Origin: an uncultured virus (IMG/VR IMGVR_UViG_3300021171_000137)
Taxonomy: Duplodnaviria > Heunggongvirae > Uroviricota > Caudoviricetes
IMG/VR virus record: IMGVR_UViG_3300021171_000137
Direction: 5' to 3' (one strand)
DNA: 64,000 nt
The notes beneath the pieces are model-generated. The model was not told where the DNA came from. It ran no database searches and saw only the letters and a program-made list of their open reading frames with translations. Every line of letters starts with the position of its first letter. Within the stretch, counting starts at the first letter, position 1. A program made the translations under genes and the position numbers. Below, piece by piece: positions 49,801-58,769 of the stretch.

Positions 49801-50025
49801 CCTGATGCGCTCTATCTGGACCTTTTCGTGAACGACGTGCCCTTGGCGACCGGCGTCGCGTGCCAGAACTTGAACCGCTTGGTGCGGCTGGACTACCTGG
49901 GATTCATCGGCGATCTGATCTGGCAGGACACGCACGGCACCAACGACCCGACCAGCCCCGGGCTCGGTACGCGATACCAGCTCTGCTACATCGAAAGTAC
50001 CGATCCTGTGCCGGCGTTGCCCTGA
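46807..50025 (+). CDS. Small baseplate protein with large 2xLamG + SPRY-like insertion
   Basis: Ends MQIVPV...LGGQSCTLNIYQKST and LYLDLFVND...YLGFIGDL...DP..PGLGTRYQL flank the LamG repeats and YYWEV...GDVLGFAF...WFPA. Confidence 0.75.
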   Translation: MQIVPVVDAFSQSLDVILGGQSCTLNIYQKSTRNPAIGAQQSPSASGVALGPAGSGISIQGNLAIMTSAPTTSGLPPGSGLRDVFEVAVSTPTFATSGTQTNAGALWPIVTGIDPTGIHITDGCNYGTTFPQLRGDGNSYTYDIATGSYHGSVADSTVQAAWGSRSQSSVGPVGSGFGISRAGYGAFGTREGNSVCFAPGVSAAASVGGGTLALLHLDGPNGSSTFTDAAGNSWSAVNGATLTTSHFKFGTASLASTTNQHITTPDNPTWEFTGDFTLECFVYFNALSSGGINTSFLGQTGTVGGSSWLLFQDDLNDHIHFYASNSHGSYGFNVTGPLLSTGQWYHCALVRSSGTVTAYLNGTSFGSATLTGTISTNGQPIGIGGDIANIGEIFNGYIDEVRISNIALYTANFTPPTAPFPFSNVTALLHFDGANGSTTMVDEYPGTWVRDNTAHLSTAWAQFGPSSLLLNGTTDCITTTDDLYKPGSADFTFECWGNATDVTGSRVLFGSQIFGSPNNGIAFFLNMGQLTMTCANSTFTGFMVAMTAGAFVTANVPHHYAFVRHGNQFDAYLDGVSQWTVTASGSIGSTQSGLAIGAAFPALGGGSVWAGYIDEVRISMGVAQYTGNFTPPTSPFTTPAAAYSSDPGGGYVVVTSGYATGTAAYQFDCLPCLAGNANVPSQMYVQGIYPCADGAHIVILTANASDASPLEWNVVNVTGGSASLVAYGSISGTYFPSIAALSGDFSDSSPNNTTQFKGCLDGDLQTLWLWEGGSSANGLSILQLSGGTTALLYSTASVFSNSALAGPGAMLAANGYGAFIRSNTLALWTILPATSAMVIVQTARTYVGVATGSYYWEVIPTFINPTGIYRIGIATATFPLSGPVGIGSDTSASSVGWSYLGGIFYNGTQIVADGTYPFNMGDVLGFAFNASTGTLSMYRNGVFVFTLSGIASNTWFPAMSVSAIGSATVFNLGANTFTYSPPAAYASLFVDTISSTDGPDALYLDLFVNDVPLATGVACQNLNRLVRLDYLGFIGDLIWQDTHGTNDPTSPGLGTRYQLCYIESTDPVPALP

Positions 50026-50957
50026 TGACCTACGTTCGCCGCGCGATCGATCTGACCTTCAGGCTGGGCAAAGGCACCTTCGGCCAGAGTAGCTTCGACC
50101 AGGTGACCGTCTCAGGCCTGCGCGTTCAGGTCAGCATCCAGAATGCGGGCGGCCCTTCCATGGGCCAGGCCACGGTGAGGGTGCATGGCCTGACGCGCTC
50201 GATGATGAACGAACTGGCCCAAGTCATCCGGCTGGCCAACGGGTCCGTGACGATGCGCTTTAACCAGATCATCATCGCAGCGGGTGATTACGGCACCAAC
50301 CTCACAAAAATCTTCCAAGGGCAGATCACCCTCGCCCCGATCCAGATGGCCGGCGCCCCGGACGCCGTTCTGGAACTGGCCGCGTATGCCGGCGCCTTCG
50401 AGCAAGTGCAGATGATCCCGCCTAGCAGTTATTCGGTGCCGGTCGACGCGGCGCAGGTGTTGGCGAACCTCGCCGCTCAGGCGAGCCCGCCCTATGCCTT
50501 CGAAAACAATGGCGCCTCGGCCATTCTGGACGCACCGTATTTCAGCGGCTCATTGCGCGAACAGATGTACGCGTGCGTCCAGCAGGCGCACTTCGAGTGG
50601 AACAGCCTGGATGATGGGGTGCTGGCGATATGGCCGAAGGGCGGTTTTCGTTCTGGCAGCGCCGATATTCCGCAGATCGTTGTCACGGCTCCTGCCTTGG
50701 CCCCGCTCATTTCCCCGGCGACCGGCATGCGCGGCTATCCGACTAACTGGAATCTGGGCGTGGCGATCACGACGCTCTTCAATCCCAAGCTGCGCATCGG
50801 CAAGCTCTGCCAGGTGCAAAGCAGTCTGCCGTTTGCGAACGGGACCTTCGTGATGTTCGATATCTCGCACGAAATCGAAAGCGAAATGCCCGAAGGCCAG
50901 TGGTCGACCTCGTTTCACGGCGTTCCCACGTCCAGTGACCTGTATCCGGCGCCATGA
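50025..50957 (+). CDS. Baseplate hub protein
   Basis: VSGLRV, IFQGQI, ISPATGMRGYP, LFNPKLRIG, VQSSL. Confidence 0.78.
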   Translation: MTYVRRAIDLTFRLGKGTFGQSSFDQVTVSGLRVQVSIQNAGGPSMGQATVRVHGLTRSMMNELAQVIRLANGSVTMRFNQIIIAAGDYGTNLTKIFQGQITLAPIQMAGAPDAVLELAAYAGAFEQVQMIPPSSYSVPVDAAQVLANLAAQASPPYAFENNGASAILDAPYFSGSLREQMYACVQQAHFEWNSLDDGVLAIWPKGGFRSGSADIPQIVVTAPALAPLISPATGMRGYPTNWNLGVAITTLFNPKLRIGKLCQVQSSLPFANGTFVMFDISHEIESEMPEGQWSTSFHGVPTSSDLYPAP

Positions 50958-51703
50958 TCAACGCAGGCGAAGGCTATTCGGGCCTTCAGAGCCCGACTGA
51001 TTTCTTAAATGAATTCAACGCCCAGAATTTCCTGATCTGGTCGATCCTGTCGCGCATCGCCACCGCGACGCTGGTCCAGGTGCAAGAGGTCACGACCACC
51101 GGGGGAGTGGCGCCGGTCGGTTTCGTCAACATCCTGCCTCTGGTCAACCAGATGGACGGCTCAGGTAACACGACGCCGCACGGGATCATTTTCAATTGCC
51201 CGTACCTGCGGATGCAGGGGGGCGCGAACGCGATCATCCTGGATCCGCAGGTGGGCGACATCGGGATCGCAGTCTTCGCCAGCCGTGACCTGTCCAGCGT
51301 GATCGCGAGCAAGGCCCAGGCCCCACCGGGCAGCCGGCGCCGGTATGACATGGCCGATGGCCTATACCTTGGCGGAGTGCTCAATGGCGTGCCGACGCAG
51401 TTCGTAGAATTTTCCGCGACCGGCATCCGGATCAGTTCGCCGCAGCAAGTAAAACTTGACGCGCCGGACGTGTTGCTTCAATCGGGCAGCACGCTGGAAA
51501 TTGATGCCGCGACGCTCTCGTTTACGGCGCCCACGGTGAACCTTACCGCCTCGAGCGGACTCACCCTCACGACGCCCTTGCTCACGATCAACGGCAACAT
51601 CGCGAGCACCGGCACGATCACCAACAACGGGCTCCCTGTCGATAGCACGCACGTGCACACGGGGGTCACCACCGGCAGTGGCAACACAGGGACACCGCTC
51701 TGA
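50954..51703 (+). CDS. Baseplate central spike (gpV/Gp138-like)
   Basis: PYLRMQGGANAIILDPQVGDIG..FASRD; C-terminal HVH metal tip. Confidence 0.85.
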   Translation: MINAGEGYSGLQSPTDFLNEFNAQNFLIWSILSRIATATLVQVQEVTTTGGVAPVGFVNILPLVNQMDGSGNTTPHGIIFNCPYLRMQGGANAIILDPQVGDIGIAVFASRDLSSVIASKAQAPPGSRRRYDMADGLYLGGVLNGVPTQFVEFSATGIRISSPQQVKLDAPDVLLQSGSTLEIDAATLSFTAPTVNLTASSGLTLTTPLLTINGNIASTGTITNNGLPVDSTHVHTGVTTGSGNTGTPL

Positions 51704-52062
51704 TGAGTACGACGCTTTACCTGGATCCGTCCGCGTGGGACCTGGTCGTGGACGTGAACGGAAATCTCGCCGTCGCGACCGATCCCTATGGCTTGGCGCA
51801 GGATGCGGCGAGCGCGCTGCGCACCTTCCTGGGCGACATCTACTACAACCAGGCGCAGGGCATCGACTACTTCGGCCTGTTGCTGGGAACGCCGGTGTCG
51901 CTCACGCTTTTGAAGTCGACGCTGGCAAGCGAGGCGCTGAAAGTTCCGGGAGTGGTGTCGGCACGGGTTTTCATCTCCGCCTTCGATCCTATCGTTCGAC
52001 AGGTGAACGGCCAGGTCCAGATTACAGACGCAACCGGCACGATCGCCGCGGCGAGCTTCTAA
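51703..52062 (+). CDS. Baseplate wedge/sheath initiator
   Basis: WDLVVD..GNLA...AQD...FLGD.YY...GIDY. Confidence 0.75.
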   Translation: MSTTLYLDPSAWDLVVDVNGNLAVATDPYGLAQDAASALRTFLGDIYYNQAQGIDYFGLLLGTPVSLTLLKSTLASEALKVPGVVSARVFISAFDPIVRQVNGQVQITDATGTIAAASF

Positions 52063-53271
52063 ATGCCCACCAACGTCCCAGCGCTCGCCTTCACGTCGAC
52101 CGGATTCGTAGCACCGGCCGAATCGGCCATTTTGGCGGGCGTACAGCAGGATCAGATGGCCGCCTTGGGCGCCGGCCTCACCACGGGTCTTTCCACGCCG
52201 CAGGGACAACTGGCGCAGAGCCAGACGGCGATTATCGGCAACTCTAACAACCAGCAGATCGCCCTTTTCAACGGCGTCGACCCCGCTTTTGCCAGCGGGC
52301 GGATGCAGGATGCGATCGGACGCATCTGGTACCTGAAGCGCCGGCCGGCGCAACCGACGGTCGTCAGTGCCACGTGCTACGGCCGTACGAATGCCATCAT
52401 TCCGGTGAACGCCCAGGCGGTCGACCAGGCCGGCAACATCTACTACTGCGCAACCAGCGGCACGATCCCGGTGGGCGGCTCGATCGTGCTGCCGTTCGCG
52501 TGCGCCATCGTAGGACCGACGGCCTGCCCGATCGGGTTCCTGAATCGCATCTACAAGGCGATCCCGGGCTGGGATTCGATCAACAACCTGGTGGCCGGCG
52601 TCGCCGGGACCCTCGTCGAATCCCGCTACGCCTTCGAAGAGCGCCGGCAGCAGTCGGTGGCCAACAATGCCCAAGGATCCACCCAGGCGATACAGGCCGC
52701 CGTCCTGGGGCTGCCGGGCGTGCTGGATGCCTACACCATCGACAATCCGACCAGTTCGCCTGCATCCATCGGCGGGGTGACGATCGGGGCCAATGCGGTT
52801 TATTGCGCGGCCTACGGGGGCTCGAGCGCGGCGATCGCCAAGGCGATATGGACCAAGAAAAGCCCGGGCGCTCCGACCACCGGCAACACGGCCGTTATCG
52901 TCTATGACGACGGTTCCGGCTACCAGGCGCCCCTTCCCTCCTACACGATCAATTTCCAGATCCCGACGCCCACGCCGGTCCTGTTCGCTGTGTCGATGCA
53001 GAACAACACCGGCGTTCCGCCCAACGCGACGGTGCTGATCCAGAGTGCCGTGATGTCCTCGTTTGCGGGAGCCGACGGCGGCCCGCGCGCGCGCATCGGG
53101 GCCTGGATACTGGCCAGCCGCTTCTACCAGAACATCGCGGCGCTCGGACCTTGGGCCGTCGTGTATTCGGTGCAGATCGGCACGTCGGTGGCCAATCAGA
53201 CCGCGATCCTGATGCAGATCAACCAGGTCCCGACCATCACGGCCACCAACATCGCCGTGACCTACACATGA
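52063..53271 (+). CDS. Baseplate J-like protein
   Basis: TPQGQLA, DPAFASGRMQDAIGRI, ESRYAFEERR. Confidence 0.85.
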   Translation: MPTNVPALAFTSTGFVAPAESAILAGVQQDQMAALGAGLTTGLSTPQGQLAQSQTAIIGNSNNQQIALFNGVDPAFASGRMQDAIGRIWYLKRRPAQPTVVSATCYGRTNAIIPVNAQAVDQAGNIYYCATSGTIPVGGSIVLPFACAIVGPTACPIGFLNRIYKAIPGWDSINNLVAGVAGTLVESRYAFEERRQQSVANNAQGSTQAIQAAVLGLPGVLDAYTIDNPTSSPASIGGVTIGANAVYCAAYGGSSAAIAKAIWTKKSPGAPTTGNTAVIVYDDGSGYQAPLPSYTINFQIPTPTPVLFAVSMQNNTGVPPNATVLIQSAVMSSFAGADGGPRARIGAWILASRFYQNIAALGPWAVVYSVQIGTSVANQTAILMQINQVPTITATNIAVTYT

Positions 53272-54680
53272 TCATTCCGGACGAGGACACCGGGGGCCAG
53301 TTTCAGTTCTACGTGACCCCTGGCCCGACGCTGCTGGGGGTGGGCGACGGGGGCACCAATCAGTTTTTAATCGGCGCGGTGGGCCAGGAAATGGTATCGG
53401 CCAACCTCTTTGGCCTGTGGCGCAACGACTGGCAGGGCAACCAGGCGCTTTACGCCACGCCGCGCACGAACAACTTGCTGCAATCGCAGGCCTTCGGCCA
53501 AACGCCGTGGGCCACTCTCGGAAGCGTCACGCTTGGCGCGACCGCCGGCACGGCGCCGGACGGTTCGAACACGGCCACGCTTGTCACCCAAACGGCCAAC
53601 GCCAGTTCGGTCTACCAGGATGTGGCCTCGATCGGCACCCAGGCCTGGACAGCGTCCGCGTACGTGAAGGGTGCAACCAGCACCGACATATCGCTCACGA
53701 TCTTCTGGTTCACGGGCGGAACTACGCAGTCAGTGAACGTGGCGATGAACCCTGCAACGGGGGGCCTGGTTGCCACCGGTTCGAACATCGCGACGCTCAC
53801 CAACTATTCGATCACGGCACTTCCGAACGGCTGGTATCGCATCTCGATTTCAGGTGTGGGCACCGATCCGAATAACACCAAGGTGCGCTTCCAAATCTAC
53901 GACTTCACCGGCGCGAACGGCAGTTACTACCTGTGGGGCGCCCAACTCGAGGTTGGCAATAGGGCCACTTCCTACCTCGTCACGATCCTCACCACGATCA
54001 CGCTGACTGACTACGTGTTCGATGCCCTTACGGGCCTCATCAAGTTCACTGTCACGCCGCTGCCCAATTCGCAGCTCACCTGGGTTGGCAATTTCATCTT
54101 TGAACTCGGCGAGCTACCGGCCTGGAAAGCCAGCATCGCAAGCCAGTACGCCAACAGCCCTGCATTGCTGGCTCTGATCCAGTCGTTCGAAGAATGCGTT
54201 GACCCGGCGGCCAACATCGAGGCCTTTTTCAACCTGATCTGGAATATCGACACGGCGCAGGGCTACGGGCTGGACGTGTGGGGCCGCATCGTCGGGGTGA
54301 CTCGCATCCTGAACATTCCGACCACGACCGCGAAGTATTTCGGATTCCAGGAAGCCAGCGGCGCGCATATCGAGGGCTTCAACAATGCGGTGTTCTTCAA
54401 TGTGAACGTCGCCTCGAACTTCGCCATTTCCGATGCGATCTTCCGCACGCTGATTCTGGTCAAGGCCCTGATGAACATTTCGCGCACGGCGACGCCGACG
54501 TACAACAAGGCGCTGATGACGCTTTTTCCTGGGATCGGCAACTGCTACGTGATCGAAACAGGCCCAATGACGGCCCAGCTCACCTTTCCGGCGCCGCTCT
54601 CCGTTGTGCAGAAGGCGATCCTGCAACAAACGGGCGTGTTCTCGCCGCCCACCGGCGTGACATTCACGATTGCCCCATAG
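53268..54680 (+). CDS. DUF2612-like baseplate protein with N-terminal carbohydrate-binding-like extension
   Basis: C-half SQYANSP...WNIDTAQGYGLDVWGRIVG; N-half RTNNLLQS...APDG...NGWYRI...WGAQLEVG. Confidence 0.75.
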   Translation: MIIPDEDTGGQFQFYVTPGPTLLGVGDGGTNQFLIGAVGQEMVSANLFGLWRNDWQGNQALYATPRTNNLLQSQAFGQTPWATLGSVTLGATAGTAPDGSNTATLVTQTANASSVYQDVASIGTQAWTASAYVKGATSTDISLTIFWFTGGTTQSVNVAMNPATGGLVATGSNIATLTNYSITALPNGWYRISISGVGTDPNNTKVRFQIYDFTGANGSYYLWGAQLEVGNRATSYLVTILTTITLTDYVFDALTGLIKFTVTPLPNSQLTWVGNFIFELGELPAWKASIASQYANSPALLALIQSFEECVDPAANIEAFFNLIWNIDTAQGYGLDVWGRIVGVTRILNIPTTTAKYFGFQEASGAHIEGFNNAVFFNVNVASNFAISDAIFRTLILVKALMNISRTATPTYNKALMTLFPGIGNCYVIETGPMTAQLTFPAPLSVVQKAILQQTGVFSPPTGVTFTIAP

Positions 54681-54692
54681 GGACGCCAACCG

Positions 54693-55634
54693 ATGCTTGC
54701 CAGTCAGATTCCGACCTATTTTCCAGAGCCATTCGCGATCAACGCCGGAGCCGGGTACACGCGCCCGATCCCGAAGAATTCGCAAATCGGCCTCATCAAC
54801 GGGGCCGCGAGCCTGAACGATGGTTTCCCGCCGTTGTGCTTTCAGCCGATCGAGAGCGGCGGCTTTGCACCGTTCGGTCAGGATTTCAACGGGTTGCTCG
54901 AGCAGATCACGGCCGGCTTGCAGTGGCTTCAGGCCGGGGGCCTCGCGCAGTACAACTCGACGCTTCAGACCGCGATCGGCGGCTACCCGAACGGCGCCGT
55001 GCTGATCAAGGCTTCCGGCAACGGGTTTTGGATTTCGACGGCCGACAACAACGTAACCGATCCGGACACGGGGGGCGCCGGCTGGAACGACCTACTGGCC
55101 ATTTACGTAAAGAACGACGGCCACACCTACGGCATCAGCATCACCGGCAATGCAGCCACGGCCACCACGGCTAACACGGCGACCTCGGCGCTGACCGCGG
55201 GCTCAGCAACCACGGCCACCACGGCCACGACGGCCGCCAGCGCGACGGTTGCCGGCAGCGCAAGCAACTCGTCGACCCAGGCGGTTGGCACCAACAACAC
55301 CACGATTGCCACGACGGCCTTCGTCAATCAGAACGCGTTCGGTACAGGCGGCCAGACCTGGGGGGACCAGACCGGCGCGCGCTCGGTGGGAGTGGCATAC
55401 ACGAATTCGACGGGACGGCCGATCTACGTATCGGTGACCACGCGGAATACGGGTCCAGGTAACGGCGGCTCGATTTCTGCTCTGGTAAATGGCGTCACCA
55501 TTTCGCAGGCCAGCAATTTCAACTTGAACTACCAGAACCACGTTTCTTTCATCGTGCCCCCTGGCGGCGTCTACCAGGTGAACAACATAGGAACCACAGC
55601 GCAAGCGTTGAATCTGTGGGCCGAATGCAGGTAA
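54693..55634 (+). CDS. Tail fibre protein
   Basis: ASLNDGFPP...PFGQDFNG...AIGGYPNGA; Ala/Thr stalk; YTNSTGRPIYV tip. Confidence 0.8.
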   Translation: MLASQIPTYFPEPFAINAGAGYTRPIPKNSQIGLINGAASLNDGFPPLCFQPIESGGFAPFGQDFNGLLEQITAGLQWLQAGGLAQYNSTLQTAIGGYPNGAVLIKASGNGFWISTADNNVTDPDTGGAGWNDLLAIYVKNDGHTYGISITGNAATATTANTATSALTAGSATTATTATTAASATVAGSASNSSTQAVGTNNTTIATTAFVNQNAFGTGGQTWGDQTGARSVGVAYTNSTGRPIYVSVTTRNTGPGNGGSISALVNGVTISQASNFNLNYQNHVSFIVPPGGVYQVNNIGTTAQALNLWAECR

Positions 55635-55644
55635 AAAGGACACC

Positions 55645-55944
55645 GTGATGCGCCACTTCCAAAATCCTGCCAATGGTCAGATTCACGGCTACGACGTCGA
55701 CGGATCGCAGGACGATCTGATCGGCAAAGCCATCGATGCGCATTGGGAAGAAGTCCATGACGTTACCCAAGCGGCTGCGCCCGCGGGTGCGCCGCAGCTT
55801 CCCGGCGCCCACGACAGGATTCTCGAACTGGAAGCGAGCGTGACGCCGCGCCGGCTGCGCGAAGCGATCCTGACGGAACGAGGCCGCGACTGGCTGGTCA
55901 ATATCTACGATCAGATCGAGGCTCTGAGAAAGCAGCTGTCATAA
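55645..55944 (+). CDS. Tail fibre assembly-like protein
   Basis: Follows fibre; LEASVTPRRLREA motif. Confidence 0.55.
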   Translation: MMRHFQNPANGQIHGYDVDGSQDDLIGKAIDAHWEEVHDVTQAAAPAGAPQLPGAHDRILELEASVTPRRLREAILTERGRDWLVNIYDQIEALRKQLS

Positions 55945-56795
55945 GTGAAGAAACGGAACAAAAACGCGCCTGTCTTCCGAATCGGCAACGCCCTGGTCGC
56001 TGTCGATCACTACACGTCGACTGAAACGCCAGGGCCTTTTTACATCTTCACCGTCACTAGGGATGAGGACGGCATCACATTCCAGTACCGCTTCAATCCG
56101 AAGGCCGTACCAACTGGTTTAGACGGAGAAGTGCTGGCCCGTTACCTGCTCGAGCATGCCGCGGATGCCAAATTCATGCGTTACTGGAAAGAAGAATAGC
56201 TGACCTCGGCAACAGCACCACGGATACGGGATTAAGGATTCGAATCCAGTATCCGCAGGGTTGAAAGTGCTCTAAACGAGTCCACCCGCGTATCAAACGC
56301 GGTTCGCTCTGGATCATCGGTGCGCGCAGTGGGCCGTTTTTCGAGCGATTAAGGCCATCGGGCATAGCCAGAATGCGCCCCATGCCTGCAAACGATCCAA
56401 TCTGGACCGCAAAGGTTCCGGCGGCGCCGCTTGATCCGGCCCCGCTTAAGCCGCTCGAGGCCGCAACGGCGTCGCGTGGCATCGGCGTGGTTCCGGTGCA
56501 GCCGACAATGCCGTACGCCACGCTACTCACCTTTGCCGCGGTGGTTTGCCTGCTCGGCGCCCTGGCCTGGTACATCCTTTATGTTCACGTGGCAGTCACC
56601 TAATGTTAGGCCCGCGCGCCCGGGAGTCTTTCCGGTGACGGTGCCGGTAGGCCCTTCGAACGTCCAATTGCGGCCCACGGAAGTGCGCTGGGCGCGCTGG
56701 ACGGGCGAATACTGGTGCTGCTGGGGGACGACGCCAGAGCGGGCCGCTAGGGCCTCGTTTCCCGGACCGTCGGCTGGATACAGGTGGGCCAACCA

Positions 56796-57257
56796 ATGAC
56801 ACCGCAGGATTTCATCAGTCAGCTAACGCCGGCCGCGCAGTCATCGGCCGCTATCACCAAGATCCCGGCCTCGTTCACGATCGCCGAAGCGGCGCTCGAA
56901 TCGGGCTGGGGTGCCTCGCAGCTGGCGCGCGATGGCTTCAACCTGTTCGGTGTGAAGGCCGATCCCTCCTGGACCGGCGACGTGCTTCAGATGAACACCC
57001 GCGAATTCCTGAACGGCCAGTGGGTGATGCAGCTTGCGAACTGGCGCAAGTATGGCGACTGGCTCGGAGCTATCCAGGATCACGCAGCCTTTCTGCTCGG
57101 TAACCCGCGCTACCAGGCGGCGTTCGAAACCACGAACGGCATCGACTTTGCCAGTGCCGTTGCGGCGGCCGGCTACGCCACCGATCCTCAGTACGCCAGC
57201 AAGATCGCCTCGATCATTCGTGCGCACGGCCTGCTCGGCCTGGACAGCGTCGCGTGA
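56796..57257 (+). CDS. Endolysin, GH73/FlgJ-like glucosaminidase
   Basis: AALESGWG, NLFGVKA, TREF, GYATDPQYASK. Confidence 0.9.
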   Translation: MTPQDFISQLTPAAQSSAAITKIPASFTIAEAALESGWGASQLARDGFNLFGVKADPSWTGDVLQMNTREFLNGQWVMQLANWRKYGDWLGAIQDHAAFLLGNPRYQAAFETTNGIDFASAVAAAGYATDPQYASKIASIIRAHGLLGLDSVA

Positions 57258-57559
57258 ACCCCGAAAGCGCCTGGTCGAAGTTCTGGCGCCACATCAGCAC
57301 CGGCCCGGACAATCAGACCATCGAGCCGGCCAACGTGATGGCGATCGTGCACTGCCTTTTCACGATGATGGTGGCCAGCACTGGCACGCTGATCTGGCTG
57401 TGGAAGGCCTGCAAGGCCTCTGGCGTGCCCGATCTACAGTCCTTTGGCATCGGCCTTAGCGCGGTGGGTGCGTCGGTCGCCGCGGCGATCTGGGCCCTCG
57501 GCAAGGCGCAGGGCGCGCGCGGCGACGCGGTTTACGCGGGCCGGGGGGACGGCAAATGA
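57254..57559 (+). CDS. Putative holin
   Basis: Two hydrophobic segments; coupled to endolysin. Confidence 0.55.
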   Translation: MNPESAWSKFWRHISTGPDNQTIEPANVMAIVHCLFTMMVASTGTLIWLWKACKASGVPDLQSFGIGLSAVGASVAAAIWALGKAQGARGDAVYAGRGDGK

Positions 57560-57981
57560 ACTTGCTCGACTACATCAAGATCGGCGTGCCCGCCGCGGTC
57601 GCGGTCATGCTGGGCGTGTGGCTGCTGGTTGCCAAGGGTGAGCTGGCAACGACGCAGGCGGCCCTCACAACGACGCAAGGCAAGCTCTCGACCAGCGAAG
57701 CCGATCTGGCGATCGCCAATGCGAACCTGACAACCGTTCGTGGGGCCCTCGTCGACGCCAATCAGCGCACGCTGGATGCAGCGGCCGATGGCAAGAAAGC
57801 CGACGCCGCGGCCCAGCAAGAGGTTTCGGCCGCACGGGTCGCCAATCAAACGCTCGCGGTTCGCGTGGCCGCGCTCGAGGGGCAGGCCAGGGCGAGCGCG
57901 CCGCGCCCCGCTGGGCTGGACGCATGCCAGAACGCAGACAGAATCTTGACTGAGCAGATCGATGCTGGCCCGGTTAAGTAA
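57556..57981 (+). CDS. i-spanin (Rz-like)
   Basis: N-terminal TM, coiled coil, C-terminal Cys. Confidence 0.65.
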   Translation: MNLLDYIKIGVPAAVAVMLGVWLLVAKGELATTQAALTTTQGKLSTSEADLAIANANLTTVRGALVDANQRTLDAAADGKKADAAAQQEVSAARVANQTLAVRVAALEGQARASAPRPAGLDACQNADRILTEQIDAGPVK

Positions 57982-58255
57982 ACTCACGGCGGGTATGTTT
58001 GCAGCCACCTTGGTGCAGGCTTGCAGCACTGCTGCCTCGCCACCACTTGCGCCCGTGATCGAGATTCAGAAGGAAGAAGTCCAGGTGCGCGTGCCGTGCC
58101 AGGTCGCTGACGTGCCGGCGGTGAAGTATCCGTTCGACGAAGCCACCAAAGACTCTCCAATCGACACGAAAGTGGAATTGCTCACTGCGGATCGGCTGGC
58201 GCGCGCCGAAACAGAGCGCGTGCTTCGCGCGGCGTTGGACGGTTGCAGGAAGTAA
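57962..58255 (+). CDS. o-spanin (Rz1-like lipoprotein)
   Basis: Signal peptide ending LVQA-C, EVQVRVPC; overlaps i-spanin end. Confidence 0.65.
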   Translation: MLARLSKLTAGMFAATLVQACSTAASPPLAPVIEIQKEEVQVRVPCQVADVPAVKYPFDEATKDSPIDTKVELLTADRLARAETERVLRAALDGCRK

Positions 58256-58421
58256 TTCGATGCCTCCAGAAGCCGGAGAAGTCATTGCGCTGATCCTTCT
58301 CGCAGCGCTGTTGTGGACCGTGTTCACGACCAAGTCGCGCAACGGCAAGTGACCCGTCGGCACGTGCTGAATCATTGAGTTATTAGCGCGATCGCGGTAT
58401 TGCAGGCTGAGCCATCATTGA

Positions 58422-58769
58422 ATGATGGGAGCCATGCGACATTTGCGCGAGGTCGACGTCGGCGAGAGCGAACGGCCGCCTCCGCCGCCGCGCGCGCCGT
58501 GGTCAATCATGAGTCTGAGCGTGCCGCTACAGACAGCGGTCGGCGTTCTGCTATGGACGGGCGCTGCGGTTGCATATATCGATCACAGATTCGGCAAGGT
58601 CGACGTGGTCGCTGCGCAGCAGGAAAAAGATCGCGAAAAGGCCGTAAGCGACAAGGAACTGATCGCTAAGGATTTTCAATTGCGCGACCAGCGGATCGAC
58701 GAGCTTAAGGGGCAAATGCAGTTAATGGAATGCAAGGTTGACGGCGGCAAGGCCTGCGGGGGCAGATGA
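58422..58769 (+). CDS. Membrane protein (single TM + coiled coil)
   Basis: One hydrophobic segment; in lysis region. Confidence 0.5.
   Translation: MMGAMRHLREVDVGESERPPPPPRAPWSIMSLSVPLQTAVGVLLWTGAAVAYIDHRFGKVDVVAAQQEKDREKAVSDKELIAKDFQLRDQRIDELKGQMQLMECKVDGGKACGGR

Noticed and set aside
56236..56247. GGATTCGAATCC as a tRNA T arm
   Set aside because: A simple palindrome with no acceptor stem or cloverleaf around it.
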